Assembly: GCA_013112535.1 (NCBI GenBank)
Contig: JABFGI010000007.1
Coordinates: 43,592-107,591 of the forward strand
Source: Pseudomonadota bacterium
GTDB lineage: Bacteria > Pseudomonadota > Gammaproteobacteria > Eutrophobiales > Eutrophobiaceae
Direction: 5' to 3'
Length of the DNA stretch: 64,000 nucleotides
Each line of letters begins with the position of its first letter. Positions within the stretch are counted from its first letter, which is position 1. Shown piece by piece: positions 10,655-22,105 of the stretch. The position numbers were made by a program, and so were the translations under genes. A model generated the notes under the pieces. It was not told the origin of the DNA and made no database searches. It saw only the letters and a program-made list of their open reading frames with translations.

Positions 10655-10897
10655 ATGTCTATCGATCAACTTACCCATTTTCTCGGTTGGTGTGCTGTTT
10701 TAAACATCGCATTATTAATGTGGTGGGTCTTTTTCATAACCTTTGCTCATGATTGGGTTTATAAAATACACAGTAAATGGTTTTATCTGGAGACTCAACG
10801 ATTTGATGCAATACATTATGGCGGCATCGCTTTTTATAAATTAAGTATTATACTTTTCAATATTGCACCTTACCTGGCATTACGAATCATTGCCTAA
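10655..10897 (+). CDS. Small membrane protein (2 predicted TM)
   Basis: Hydrophobic 80-aa ORF. GGGGG-type SD about 8 nt upstream of the ATG. Confidence 0.5.
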   Translation: MSIDQLTHFLGWCAVLNIALLMWWVFFITFAHDWVYKIHSKWFYLETQRFDAIHYGGIAFYKLSIILFNIAPYLALRIIA

Positions 10898-10911
10898 TCT
10901 ATGGAGGAGTC

Positions 10912-11166
10912 ATGAAACTATCCATTAAGAGCTTTGCATTATCTTGCAGTATTCTTTGGGGTACGGCTATCCTGATTGTGAGTAGTGCCAACATGATTTG
11001 GCCAGATTACGGAAATGCTTTTCTAACTGTCGTCGCTTCAATTTATCCGGGCTATGAAGCAATGCAAGGTATAGAAAGCATTATTGTCGGAACCTTATAC
11101 GCGCTGGTTGATGCCGGTATTGGCGGAGGAATCTTTGCCTGGTTATATAATTTCTTTGTTGAATAA
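10912..11166 (+). CDS. Small membrane protein
   Basis: 84-aa ORF with 2-3 hydrophobic segments. GGAGG SD upstream. Tandem with the previous small membrane ORF. Confidence 0.5.
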   Translation: MKLSIKSFALSCSILWGTAILIVSSANMIWPDYGNAFLTVVASIYPGYEAMQGIESIIVGTLYALVDAGIGGGIFAWLYNFFVE

Positions 11167-11182
11167 AGCTATAGTGCCCTTA

Positions 11183-12049
11183 TCAATCTGAAGGGGAATT
11201 GCCGCTATCTCTTTCAGCAGCCATGACTGTATTCGCAACAAGCATGGTGATCGTCATGGGGCCAACACCACCCGGAACAGGTGTAATCATACTGGCAACT
11301 TCCTTTACTTCATCAAAATCAACATCACCCGCAAGTTTTCCCGACTCCAGACGATTAATACCAACATCAATAACGACAGCACCTTCTTTAACGTGTTCGG
11401 CCTTGACCATTTCAGGTCTGCCCGTTGCGACAACCAATATATCTGCCTGTTTGGTATGACTAATCAGATCTTTCGTTTTAGATGTACAAATTGTCACCGT
11501 TGCGTCTTCCTGTAGTAATAACATCGCCATCGGTTTACCAACAATATTACTTCTGCCAACAACGACAGCATTTTGCCCCGCTATTGGCACGTCGCAATAG
11601 CTCAACATACGCATCACACCAAATGGTGTACAAGGCGGAAATACCGTATTGCCTGTCATTAGTGCGCCCACATTATATAGATGAAAACCATCTACATCTT
11701 TATCCTGTTTTATTGCTTCCAATACTTTATTTTCATCGATATGTTTTGGTAATGGCAATTGCACAAGTATGCCATTTATTTTTTTTGCCTGATTCAACTC
11801 GTCAATTAATTTAAGCAACATTTTTTCAGAAATATCTTCGGGAAGATCGTGTACTTCGGAATGTAGACCAACGTCATGACATGCTTTAATTTTATTGTTC
11901 ACATACAATTTTGACGCAGGATTATCTCCGACAATAATGACAGCAAGTCCAGGAAGAACACCTTTTGCTTTAAGTTTATCAGCACGTTCTTTCCACTCCT
12001 CTCTGACTATTTCTGATATTTTTTTTCCATCTATTATTGTTGCTGTCAT
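11183..12049 (-). CDS. folD: Bifunctional methylenetetrahydrofolate dehydrogenase / methenyl-THF cyclohydrolase
   Basis: Canonical FolD sequence (ATIIDGK..., [32 protein letters not shown]). Confidence 0.97.
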   Translation of the reverse strand: MTATIIDGKKISEIVREEWKERADKLKAKGVLPGLAVIIVGDNPASKLYVNNKIKACHDVGLHSEVHDLPEDISEKMLLKLIDELNQAKKINGILVQLPLPKHIDENKVLEAIKQDKDVDGFHLYNVGALMTGNTVFPPCTPFGVMRMLSYCDVPIAGQNAVVVGRSNIVGKPMAMLLLQEDATVTICTSKTKDLISHTKQADILVVATGRPEMVKAEHVKEGAVVIDVGINRLESGKLAGDVDFDEVKEVASMITPVPGGVGPMTITMLVANTVMAAERDSGNSPSD

Positions 12050-12067
12050 AACTTTACCTTTATTAAA

Positions 12068-13186
12068 TTAACAACAGGAAGAATTTTCCGTATTGATTGA
12101 ATGCCTCGCACCTTTTGTTTCTGTAGCTGGTCTTTTGGTGCCTGCTGGCGCACACCATACTTTTGGCTCTTTTTCTTGCGCAGGAATGACACCGATAAAA
12201 TCTTCTTTATAAGGTTCATTGCCAAGCACATTAAATGTACGTTCGCACACAGCCATTCTTTCGCCTCGAGGAAATTCATGACCTTCATCATCAATAACAA
12301 AACTGAATGGGCCGCGATAAATCACAGCGTGACCTTTATCAATGCAATCTGTTTGTTCACGCTTAATTGCGGTTAATGTTGCTGAACGAAATTCAATACC
12401 TTCTACTACCTGCCATGGCGCATCTGACCATTTATCGTATGATACTGCAATAAAGCATGCATCATGAAACATTTCTAACATTTCCTGTTCCTGAAAAGCA
12501 CCGGAAATACAGCCACTCCATAAATCTTTATCTAGTTTTAAATGTTCGGGTATAAATTCATCACTGATAATGTCTGAAATAGCAATACGACCTCCGGGTT
12601 TAACAACACGGAATATTTCATTCACTAACTGTTGCTTTTCAGCATCACTGACTAAATTTAATACACAATTTGAAATAACCAGATCAATTGAGTTGTCAGC
12701 TATTAGAGGCGCCTCACCTGTTTGTTGTAATTTCCAATTCTCTAATTTTGATAAATCATCGACTGTAGTAACAGGATTTGATTGCAACCATGTTTCCATT
12801 GCATCTACATCCAATGCCAAATCCTGTATCTTGCCTTTTAAAAACTGGACTCGATCATTACCAAGCTTTTCAGCCATCTCTTCTTGATACTTTCTAGACA
12901 GCGACAGCATGTCGTTATTCATATCAACGCCGATGACCTTGCCCTTTTCTCCTACTAACTGCGCCGCCATATAACATATCTTGCCACTGCCGCTACCCAG
13001 ATCGAGTACGACATCATCTTCCCTGACATAACGTGATGGATCGCCGCAACCATAATCTTTTTCAATAACTTCATCCGGTAATATTTTCAATAAGTCGGTT
13101 TGATAATCAACCGGACAACATAAGGCATCCTGACGCTCATTTGCACCCTCAGAGTATCGTTCCAGAACAGTATTTTCCTGATTCAT
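12068..13186 (-). CDS. arsM: ArsM/AS3MT-like SAM-dependent (arsenite) methyltransferase
   Basis: SAM motif VLDLGSGSG. Cys residues at the ArsM catalytic positions (LCCP, YGCGDP, ISNCVLNL, LWSGCISGA). Confidence 0.7.
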   Translation of the reverse strand: MNQENTVLERYSEGANERQDALCCPVDYQTDLLKILPDEVIEKDYGCGDPSRYVREDDVVLDLGSGSGKICYMAAQLVGEKGKVIGVDMNNDMLSLSRKYQEEMAEKLGNDRVQFLKGKIQDLALDVDAMETWLQSNPVTTVDDLSKLENWKLQQTGEAPLIADNSIDLVISNCVLNLVSDAEKQQLVNEIFRVVKPGGRIAISDIISDEFIPEHLKLDKDLWSGCISGAFQEQEMLEMFHDACFIAVSYDKWSDAPWQVVEGIEFRSATLTAIKREQTDCIDKGHAVIYRGPFSFVIDDEGHEFPRGERMAVCERTFNVLGNEPYKEDFIGVIPAQEKEPKVWCAPAGTKRPATETKGARHSINTENSSCC

Positions 13187-13188
13187 TG

Positions 13189-14004
13189 TTACCTACCCGT
13201 TGTAAATGGATTAATTAATAATTGTAAAACTTGTCCTGATGCAGGATTTCTATACTTATCAAGCCCAATGGCCATATCATCATACCCTGCTTCGGGTAAA
13301 GGCGTGTATGTTTTGAAAACTTTATCCCAAATTGAAAAGATATTGCCATAATTACTATCTGTCTCATTTCTAATTACGGAATGATGTATTCGATGCATAT
13401 CCGGCGTAACAAAAATCGCCCTCAAAATTCGTTCCAGTTTTGCATTCAATAAAATATTGCTATGACTAAATAATGCAGCCGCATTAAGCATAATTTCATA
13501 CAAAATAATTGAGAACGCCAAAGGGCCAATTAAATAGACGGCGATAAGTTTATAAAACATCGATAGAATAATTTCGATTGGATGAAAACGAATGCCGGTT
13601 GTTACATCAAATTCAAGATCAGTATGATGTACACGATGTACCCGCCAGAGAAAAGCAAGTTTATGGAAAACAACGTGCTGTATGTAAATAAGGAAATCAA
13701 AAATAATAATGGTTAACAACACACTTGGAAACAAGGGTAAAGTAAGCTGGTTTAGTAAGCCAACGTCTTTTTCGTCAGCTATCAAAGCAACTTGAAAGCT
13801 TGCTAACGGCACCAGAAAACGGACAGCAACAAAGTTAACACTCAACAATAGAATATTATTCATTCGCCTGAATCTAGAATTATTATCTGTTGCACGCCTG
13901 GGCCAAATGATTTCAAGTCCGGCAAACATGACTATCAATGCTACAAAACTTATCATTCTCAGTTCGGCTTGATATTCAATAAAAAATGTCTGGAGATATT
14001 CCAT
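13189..14004 (-). CDS. Fatty acid hydroxylase / sterol desaturase superfamily membrane protein
   Basis: Polytopic, with histidine boxes HVVFH, HRVHH and HRIHH. Confidence 0.8.
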   Translation of the reverse strand: MEYLQTFFIEYQAELRMISFVALIVMFAGLEIIWPRRATDNNSRFRRMNNILLLSVNFVAVRFLVPLASFQVALIADEKDVGLLNQLTLPLFPSVLLTIIIFDFLIYIQHVVFHKLAFLWRVHRVHHTDLEFDVTTGIRFHPIEIILSMFYKLIAVYLIGPLAFSIILYEIMLNAAALFSHSNILLNAKLERILRAIFVTPDMHRIHHSVIRNETDSNYGNIFSIWDKVFKTYTPLPEAGYDDMAIGLDKYRNPASGQVLQLLINPFTTGR

Positions 14005-14079
14005 GTGATGTCAGATGTCTTTATTATGTAGCTTTATCTATTTTGAGTTACACTAGGTAGACTATAAACATAACTATAA

Positions 14080-16865
<2,786 letters not shown>

Positions 16866-17053
16866 TATTAAACTCCTTTAGTTATATTAACTATGTAACT
16901 TTATTAAAGAGAATTAATCTCTATATGAAATTATCATTAGTTTGTGACAACTATGTTTCCACAATAATAAAATTAACGACTGTTTAATAAGCGACTTAAT
17001 ACTATTTATTTTAAGTTTCTATGAAATTTATGTTACGACATGTGATAAGGAGT

Positions 17054-18457
17054 TTATAAATCCAGCTCAAGTTGTTTAATCTTTCGCGTTAATGTGTTTC
17101 TACCCCAACCCAGAAGTTTAGCCGCATCCTGACGACGTCCACCTGATTTCTTTAATGCTTCTTCAATCAAGATTGTTTCAAATCGTGGAACGGCATTACG
17201 TAATAACTCTGAATCGCCTTGCGACAAACTGGACTCAGCCCATTTTCTAAATGTAGATTCCCATTCGTCAGAGACCTCGACAACTTCGGTATCTTGCCTT
17301 AACTCCGGAGGCAAATCATCGATGTGGATTTCCCCGCCCGATGCCATCACTGTTGCCCAACGACAAAAGTTTTCAAGTTGCCTGACATTCCCAGGCCATG
17401 ATAAATTAGTCAGGTAATCTTCCGTTTCAGGCATTAACTGTTTTACTTCTTCGTTCAGTTCAATTGCAGCTGAATTTAAAAAATGCTTTGTCAGCTCAAT
17501 AATATCGGTTCTTCTTTCCCGTAATGGCGGCACATGTACTCTTATAACATTTAAACGATGCAGCAAATCTTCACGAAACTTTCCTTCTTTAACCAGTTGT
17601 TCAAGATTTTGATGTGTGGCGGCTATGACTCTTACATTTACTTTAATAGGAATATGTCCACCAACACGATAAAATTCACCTTCCGCCAGAATTCGTAATA
17701 GGCGTGTTTGTAAATCAGCAGGCATATCACCTATTTCATCCAAAAATAAAGTACCGCCATTCGCTTGCTCGAAACGACCCATACGTTGCCCACTTGCACC
17801 TGTAAATGCTCCCTTCTCATGACCAAATAACTCTGATTCAAGTAAGTCCTTGGGAATTGCAGCGGTATTGATTGCAATGAAAGGATGACTCGATCTGGGA
17901 CTGTGTTGATGCAGGGCACTGGCTACCAGCTCTTTACCTGTACCCGATTCACCCGTAATTAATACGGTAAAATTAGAATTTGAAAGTCGTCCAATGGCTT
18001 TGAATACTTCCTGCATTGCAGGTGCGGATCCAATAATCGATGTGTTTTCTGCAGTAGCATCAACAACTGGAGCCGTGCTATTTTTTTGTTTATGCGTAAT
18101 AGCACGTTTTACCAGACTTACTACTTCATCAACATCAAAAGGTTTTGATAAATATTCATAAGCTCCTCCCTGAAATGCCGAGACAGCTCGATCAAGGTCA
18201 GAATAAGCCGTCATAATAATGACCGGAATGTCAGGTGATTGTTGTTTAATCTGTTCAAGCAAGGAGATGCCATCCATGCCAGGCATACGAATATCTGAAA
18301 TGATGACATCCGGTTGTTCGTGATGCATTTTTTTTAATACTTCATCGGGATTTGAAAAACTTTGAATATCGACATCCGTTTTTTGCAAGGCTTTTTCCAG
18401 AACCCAACGAATGGATTTATCATCATCCACGATCCATACTTTTTGTGTCTCATTCAT
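17054..18457 (-). CDS. glnG: Nitrogen regulation protein NR(I), sigma-54-dependent response regulator
   Basis: REC + AAA+ (GESGTGKE, GAFTGA) + C-terminal Fis-type HTH. Start set at MNETQKVWIVDDD, where its ATG overlaps the ntrB stop (ATGAATGA). Confidence 0.93.
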   Translation of the reverse strand: MNETQKVWIVDDDKSIRWVLEKALQKTDVDIQSFSNPDEVLKKMHHEQPDVIISDIRMPGMDGISLLEQIKQQSPDIPVIIMTAYSDLDRAVSAFQGGAYEYLSKPFDVDEVVSLVKRAITHKQKNSTAPVVDATAENTSIIGSAPAMQEVFKAIGRLSNSNFTVLITGESGTGKELVASALHQHSPRSSHPFIAINTAAIPKDLLESELFGHEKGAFTGASGQRMGRFEQANGGTLFLDEIGDMPADLQTRLLRILAEGEFYRVGGHIPIKVNVRVIAATHQNLEQLVKEGKFREDLLHRLNVIRVHVPPLRERRTDIIELTKHFLNSAAIELNEEVKQLMPETEDYLTNLSWPGNVRQLENFCRWATVMASGGEIHIDDLPPELRQDTEVVEVSDEWESTFRKWAESSLSQGDSELLRNAVPRFETILIEEALKKSGGRRQDAAKLLGWGRNTLTRKIKQLELDL

Positions 18458-19556
18458 TTTCGTATTCCATTGGGAGTAAGATGCTGAAATAGGTATCACT
18501 TTCTTTGCGTTCATAATTAATTAAACCACCATGAGATTGAATAAGTTGTTGTGCAATAGATAAACCGAGCCCTGTACCTTCGGCACGTCCTGTGACCAAA
18601 GGATAAAATGCACCAGCTTCGATTTCGGGAGGGATGCCCGGGCCATCATCAATGATATCAACTTCGATGATATGTCTGTTTAAACGATGTTGAATCGTTA
18701 CCTGTCGCCGAATCCGTGTTCTTAATGTAATAACACCGTCATCATCAATTGCCTGAACGGCATTTCGAATAAGGTTTAATATTGCTTGTATAATTTGTTC
18801 ACGATCAGCCTTTATTGACGGAATACTCGGGTCGTAATCCTTCTTGAATTTCAATGGTTGTTCATTTTCTGCACAAACAACAGAAACGACATATTCCAGC
18901 ACCTCGTGAATATTCATCGCTGATTTAGCTGGCTGGTTACTTGTTGTCAACATACGGTCGATAAAGTGTCTTAATCGATCAGACTCGTTGATAATGAGTT
19001 GCGTGTATTCAAGCAAATCTTTATTTTCAAGTTCTCGTTCTAATAATTGAGCTGCACCACGAATGCCACCCAGTGGATTTTTAATTTCATGCGCCATACC
19101 CTGCACAGATTCTTTTGCTGCTTCCTGAACTGTTTGTTGATTTGCTTCTTGCATGACACGAACAAAAGCATCGGTATCAACTAACTCCACCAGAATTTCT
19201 TCCGCCGCTTCATTAACCAGAACCGGCGTAATCATGCAATCGACCAAAATAGTCTGGGCATTATTAAGATTAAGTTCCACCCCTCTTTCTATACAGGTAC
19301 TACCCGAATAAAGAGCACGTTGAATCGCCTCATAGAAGAATGATGAATTTGGCCAGATTTGTTTAGGTGTCATCCCTGCAACACGATTATGACTAACGGA
19401 TAGTAGCCCCTCGCCCGCACTGTTTATAAACAGTAACTGAAGGTCCTTTCCAAACAATAAGACAGCTGTAGCCAGATTTTCAATAATTCTTACTGGCGTT
19501 TCAGACAATGCATTCATAATCTGCTCATTATTGCACTGTTTTAGTGCGTATTTCAC
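18450..19556 (-). CDS. glnL: Nitrogen regulation sensor histidine kinase NR(II)
   Basis: PAS + H-box (MAHEIKNPLGGIRGAAQLL) + ATPase N/G boxes. Coupled to the ntrC homolog. Confidence 0.92.
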   Translation of the reverse strand: MKYALKQCNNEQIMNALSETPVRIIENLATAVLLFGKDLQLLFINSAGEGLLSVSHNRVAGMTPKQIWPNSSFFYEAIQRALYSGSTCIERGVELNLNNAQTILVDCMITPVLVNEAAEEILVELVDTDAFVRVMQEANQQTVQEAAKESVQGMAHEIKNPLGGIRGAAQLLERELENKDLLEYTQLIINESDRLRHFIDRMLTTSNQPAKSAMNIHEVLEYVVSVVCAENEQPLKFKKDYDPSIPSIKADREQIIQAILNLIRNAVQAIDDDGVITLRTRIRRQVTIQHRLNRHIIEVDIIDDGPGIPPEIEAGAFYPLVTGRAEGTGLGLSIAQQLIQSHGGLINYERKESDTYFSILLPMEYENE

Positions 19557-19669
19557 GTATCAATCCTTGCTAATAATTTATAGATTTTTTTATTTTAATG
19601 AAAACAATAAGTTAAAAAGAAATAAAAATATAATTCTTTCGATATTAGTGATTAGAGCAAGAAGCAGAC

Positions 19670-19677
19670 CAGTTGAA
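19670..19677. repeat. Left copy of the 8-bp target-site duplication CAGTTGAA
   Basis: Identical octamer at 22159-22166, each directly abutting a terminal inverted repeat. Confidence 0.8.
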
Positions 19678-19701
19678 GGTGTTTATCCCCTTGCGTCATG
19701 T
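19678..19701. repeat. Left terminal inverted repeat (IRL)
   Basis: See the mobile element entry; 19/24 match to the reverse complement of 22135-22158. Confidence 0.8.
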
Positions 19702-19748
19702 AGTTATTTATCATATACTATACCCATATAACATGTAAGGAGCCGTAA

Positions 19749-20618
19749 GTGTCTGATTTTACTATAATTGAGTTCTTTGATCGTTTCCCAACTGATGATG
19801 TGTGTCTTGACCATCTGTGGCTTGTCCGCTTTGGTGCTTCATATAAGTGCCCCAAGTGTTCTAAAGAGGGTAAATTCCACCGTGTTAAGAAACGCCCTGT
19901 TTATGAGTGCCAATGTTCTCATCAAGTCTCCCCTATGATGGGTACACCGTTTGCCAAGTCTCGTACTTCTCTGCGTAAATGGTTCTACGCTATGTATTTG
20001 TTCACGACTTCGCGTCATGGTGTGCCTGCAAAAGAACTACAACGTCAACTAGGTGTTACTTATAAAACCGCCTGGCGCATGGGTCACGAAATCAGAAAGT
20101 ATATGTCTGATGTTGATGGTGACGGTCAATACGGTGGTCACGTTGAAATGGACGAGACTTATATTGGTGGTAAGAAAAAACATAAAGACTCAAGCTACAA
20201 ACTAAACCGTAGTCACTTCAAAGATAAAACTATCGTTTACGGTATGGTAGAGCGTAACGGTAGTCTACAGACTTATGTAGTAGAAGACCGTAAACGTAAA
20301 ACAATACAAAAGCACGTTGATAAGAAAGTCGTTAAAGGCTCTATCATTAGTACTGATGAAGCTCCTTGTTATCAATTCTTAGGTAAAGCAGGTTACCAAC
20401 ATGGTTCTGTTTGTCATGAAGACTACGAATGGAAAAACGGTATTTACCACACTAATACTATTGAGGGTTTCTGGTCACGTTTAAAGAGTTCTATTCGTGG
20501 TACTCATATACATGTTAGTAAAAAGTATCTGCCTAACTACTTAGGAGAATTTGAGTACAGATATAATATGCGTAAAAGCCCTAAGTGGATGTTTGAAAGA
20601 CTGCTAGGCGCATTCTGA
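19749..20618 (+). CDS. IS1595-family (ISXO2-like) DDE transposase with N-terminal zinc ribbon
   Basis: CPKC...CQC zinc ribbon. Catalytic-region motifs VEMDETYIGG, ISTDEAPCY and NTIEGFWSRLK. GTG start 6 nt after an AAGGAG SD. Confidence 0.9.
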   Translation: MSDFTIIEFFDRFPTDDVCLDHLWLVRFGASYKCPKCSKEGKFHRVKKRPVYECQCSHQVSPMMGTPFAKSRTSLRKWFYAMYLFTTSRHGVPAKELQRQLGVTYKTAWRMGHEIRKYMSDVDGDGQYGGHVEMDETYIGGKKKHKDSSYKLNRSHFKDKTIVYGMVERNGSLQTYVVEDRKRKTIQKHVDKKVVKGSIISTDEAPCYQFLGKAGYQHGSVCHEDYEWKNGIYHTNTIEGFWSRLKSSIRGTHIHVSKKYLPNYLGEFEYRYNMRKSPKWMFERLLGAF

Positions 20619-20639
20619 TCTATAATAAATCTGTTAAAG

Positions 20640-20835
20640 AATTGGGAACACTGCCCCTTTCTACCTAACGGCGAAAGACGCAGTGTAATCCCCGGCGGAG
20701 TGGCAACTCCCACCGTTAGGAGGCCAAGATACTGCCCGTTATAACTAACCGACAGTTCCTCGTAACCTCCAAAGAACGGCCAACTAAGTAATTAGTGACT
20801 GTTCGAGGCCTCAACGGTCGCTCTTACGTGGAGAA
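20640..20835 (+). ncRNA. Candidate structured RNA or structured 5' leader (unclassified)
   Basis: No ORF in any frame, and visibly more GC-rich than its flanks. Complementary pairs: ACACTGC 20648-54 / GCAGTGT 20680-86; CCTAACGG 20664-71 / CCGTTAGG 20713-20 (interleaved with the first pair, so pseudoknot-like); GGAGT 20697-701 / ACTCC 20706-10; CCTCG 20758-62 / CGAGG 20804-08; ACTAA 20783-87 / TTAGT 20792-96. Strand inferred from the downstream terminator. Confidence 0.35.
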
Positions 20836-20840
20836 TACCC

Positions 20841-20927
20841 ATGTTAAAGCTAACGTTGAAAATTGAGTTGAGCTACAAGCAAGCAATATGTTTCATCCTT
20901 TTCTTGCTCACGCTTTACCCAATTTGA
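20841..20927 (+). CDS. Possible 28-aa hydrophobic peptide (MLKLTLKIELSYKQAICFILFLLTLYPI)
   Basis: GGAG at 20830-33, 7 nt before the ATG. Hydrophobic C-terminal half. A terminator hairpin starts 7 nt after the stop. Too short to be confident. Confidence 0.25.
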   Translation: MLKLTLKIELSYKQAICFILFLLTLYPI

Positions 20928-20933
20928 TTTAAC

Positions 20934-20968
20934 CCGTCCCCCGAAAGGGGGCGGTCTACTTCTTTTCT
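20934..20968 (+). terminator. Hairpin terminator (GAAA tetraloop) followed by a T-rich tract; may act on both convergent transcripts
   Basis: CCGTCCCCC-GAAA-GGGGGCGG (8 bp with one bulge), followed by TCTACTTCTTTTCT. Confidence 0.55.
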
Positions 20969-21108
20969 GTAGGTTTATTCTTTGCCATCCGGCCTAACAT
21001 ATTATCAAACTGCTTTTCATTGCCTTTTGACGGGTGTTCTTTGATGAAGCGTTTTAATTGCTTTTCGTCTTTAGCTTCTTCTAGGGATGTGTATTTACCA
21101 GTGGACAT
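20956..21108 (-). CDS. Possible 50-aa basic protein (MSTGKYTSLEEAKDEKQLKRFIKEHPSKGNEKQFDNMLGRMAKNKPTEKK)
   Basis: ORF below the track threshold, starting 12 nt after the ImmA-like stop on the same strand. No clear SD. Confidence 0.3.
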   Translation of the reverse strand: MSTGKYTSLEEAKDEKQLKRFIKEHPSKGNEKQFDNMLGRMAKNKPTEKK

Positions 21109-21120
21109 TTAAATGTATTT

Positions 21121-21588
21121 TTAACGGCTTAATTTTATACTCATTGCCTGCTTTGAAACCTGTAATCTTTCAGCCATAGCATCTACATTAAGCCCTTGAT
21201 CTTCATAATCAGTTACAAGCTGCTCCGGCATTAATAAATAAGCAGCAAAACTATTTGCTTCTGTTTCTTGGTGACTAGATATGCTTGTATTATTGTATTT
21301 TCCGCTAGTGCTTCTATACATTCTGTCTTCAGTAATGCCATCACCAATCAAAGGCCTATGAAGAATATAATGACCTAATTCGTGAGCTATAGTAAATCTT
21401 TGTCTAGTTAATCCATCAGCTTTGTTTATAGTGATTCTAAATTTACCATCGTCTTTTTTTTCTATTTGACCAGAGACATCATCTTCCATTGTTTCATAAG
21501 AAAGCTCTATTCCTAACTCGCTACATAGACCAACAACATCTACCGGAGCAGATTTTCTATAATCATCAATTAACTGGTATGTATTCAT
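21121..21588 (-). CDS. ImmA/IrrE-family (COG2856, peptidase M78) zinc metalloprotease
   Basis: HEXXH motif (AHELGHYILH) plus the downstream E..ANSFAAYLLMP block typical of ImmA/IrrE. Confidence 0.8.
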   Translation of the reverse strand: MNTYQLIDDYRKSAPVDVVGLCSELGIELSYETMEDDVSGQIEKKDDGKFRITINKADGLTRQRFTIAHELGHYILHRPLIGDGITEDRMYRSTSGKYNNTSISSHQETEANSFAAYLLMPEQLVTDYEDQGLNVDAMAERLQVSKQAMSIKLSR

Positions 21589-21597
21589 GATTAACTC

Positions 21598-22047
21598 CTA
21601 ATCGTTATCGTCTTGAGCTTGCATAATTTGATCCGCAATAGGATCATTTTCTGAAGCGTTTTTTGCTAGCTCCATATAACTATCAACAAACTCTGGTAAC
21701 TTTTCTTCTAAATCTTCTATAACTAACTTTTCAACATTGTCGTGAACATCACTTTCAAGTTTTTGCCAATTACTAACTACTGTGTCTTCACATCTTTTTA
21801 ATATCACTCTATAAACTGGCAAAGCTGCAAAAACCAATAAGGCAGCAACTATCGCAAGCAATAAAGATATAAAATCGAGCCGTCCTAATTGACCAGCCAC
21901 ATTCATTGAGTCGATTAATCTCTGGTCTCCGCCGTATATGTCGAGAACTAGCTCAGGCTTATAAAAATAATAAGTTGCGCCCCAAGTAACGCACATAATC
22001 AATGCGCCACAAGCTAATCCCGCTAGAAAAGCTATTGTTCCTTTCAT
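21598..22047 (-). CDS. Two-TM membrane protein with an acidic C-terminal cytoplasmic tail, unknown function
   Basis: TM1 is IAFLAGLACGALIMCVTWGATYYF and TM2 is FISLLLAIVAALLVFAALPVY. Stop lies 9 nt before the ImmA-like start. No SD before the ATG. Confidence 0.6.
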   Translation of the reverse strand: MKGTIAFLAGLACGALIMCVTWGATYYFYKPELVLDIYGGDQRLIDSMNVAGQLGRLDFISLLLAIVAALLVFAALPVYRVILKRCEDTVVSNWQKLESDVHDNVEKLVIEDLEEKLPEFVDSYMELAKNASENDPIADQIMQAQDDND

Positions 22048-22072
22048 AATTTATGATTGTAGAACAAATAAC

Positions 22073-22105
22073 AAAGTTCCGAAATAGTTCTCTTAAAGTT
22101 CTCCT
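22073..22105 (-). promoter_or_regulatory. Three tandem 11-bp direct repeats upstream of the cargo operon (candidate operator or iteron)
   Basis: Plus strand reads AAAGTTCCGAA / ATAGTTCTCTT / AAAGTTCTCCT, with the AGTTC cores exactly 11 bp apart. An inverted GAACA lies at 22062-66. A TACAAT -10-like hexamer (minus strand, 22056-61) sits 8 nt before the ATG. Confidence 0.45.

Noticed and set aside
12046-12300. 84-aa minus-strand ORF overlapping the 3' end of the arsM-like gene
   Set aside because: It is an out-of-frame overlap with a well-supported methyltransferase gene, and its composition is lysine-rich and low-complexity.
18458-18514. Longer N-terminus for the ntrC homolog given in the ORF track
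   Set aside because: It would overlap ntrB by 65 nt. The conserved REC domain begins right after the internal M, whose ATG overlaps the ntrB stop in the usual coupled arrangement.
20640-20693. Possible vestigial inner IS end (AATTGGGAACAC at about 20641-20652, compared with the IRR), and an IRL-like GTGTAATCCCC at 20683-93
   Set aside because: The matches are short, need gaps, and the second is in direct rather than inverted orientation. This is compatible with chance, but worth re-testing with a proper alignment, since a minimal IS of about 1 kb would end near here.
20797-20820. GTTCGAGG, reminiscent of a tRNA T-arm inside the structured region
   Set aside because: There is no flanking complementary T-stem, acceptor stem or anticodon arm. 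It is not a tRNA or a tmRNA-like fragment.
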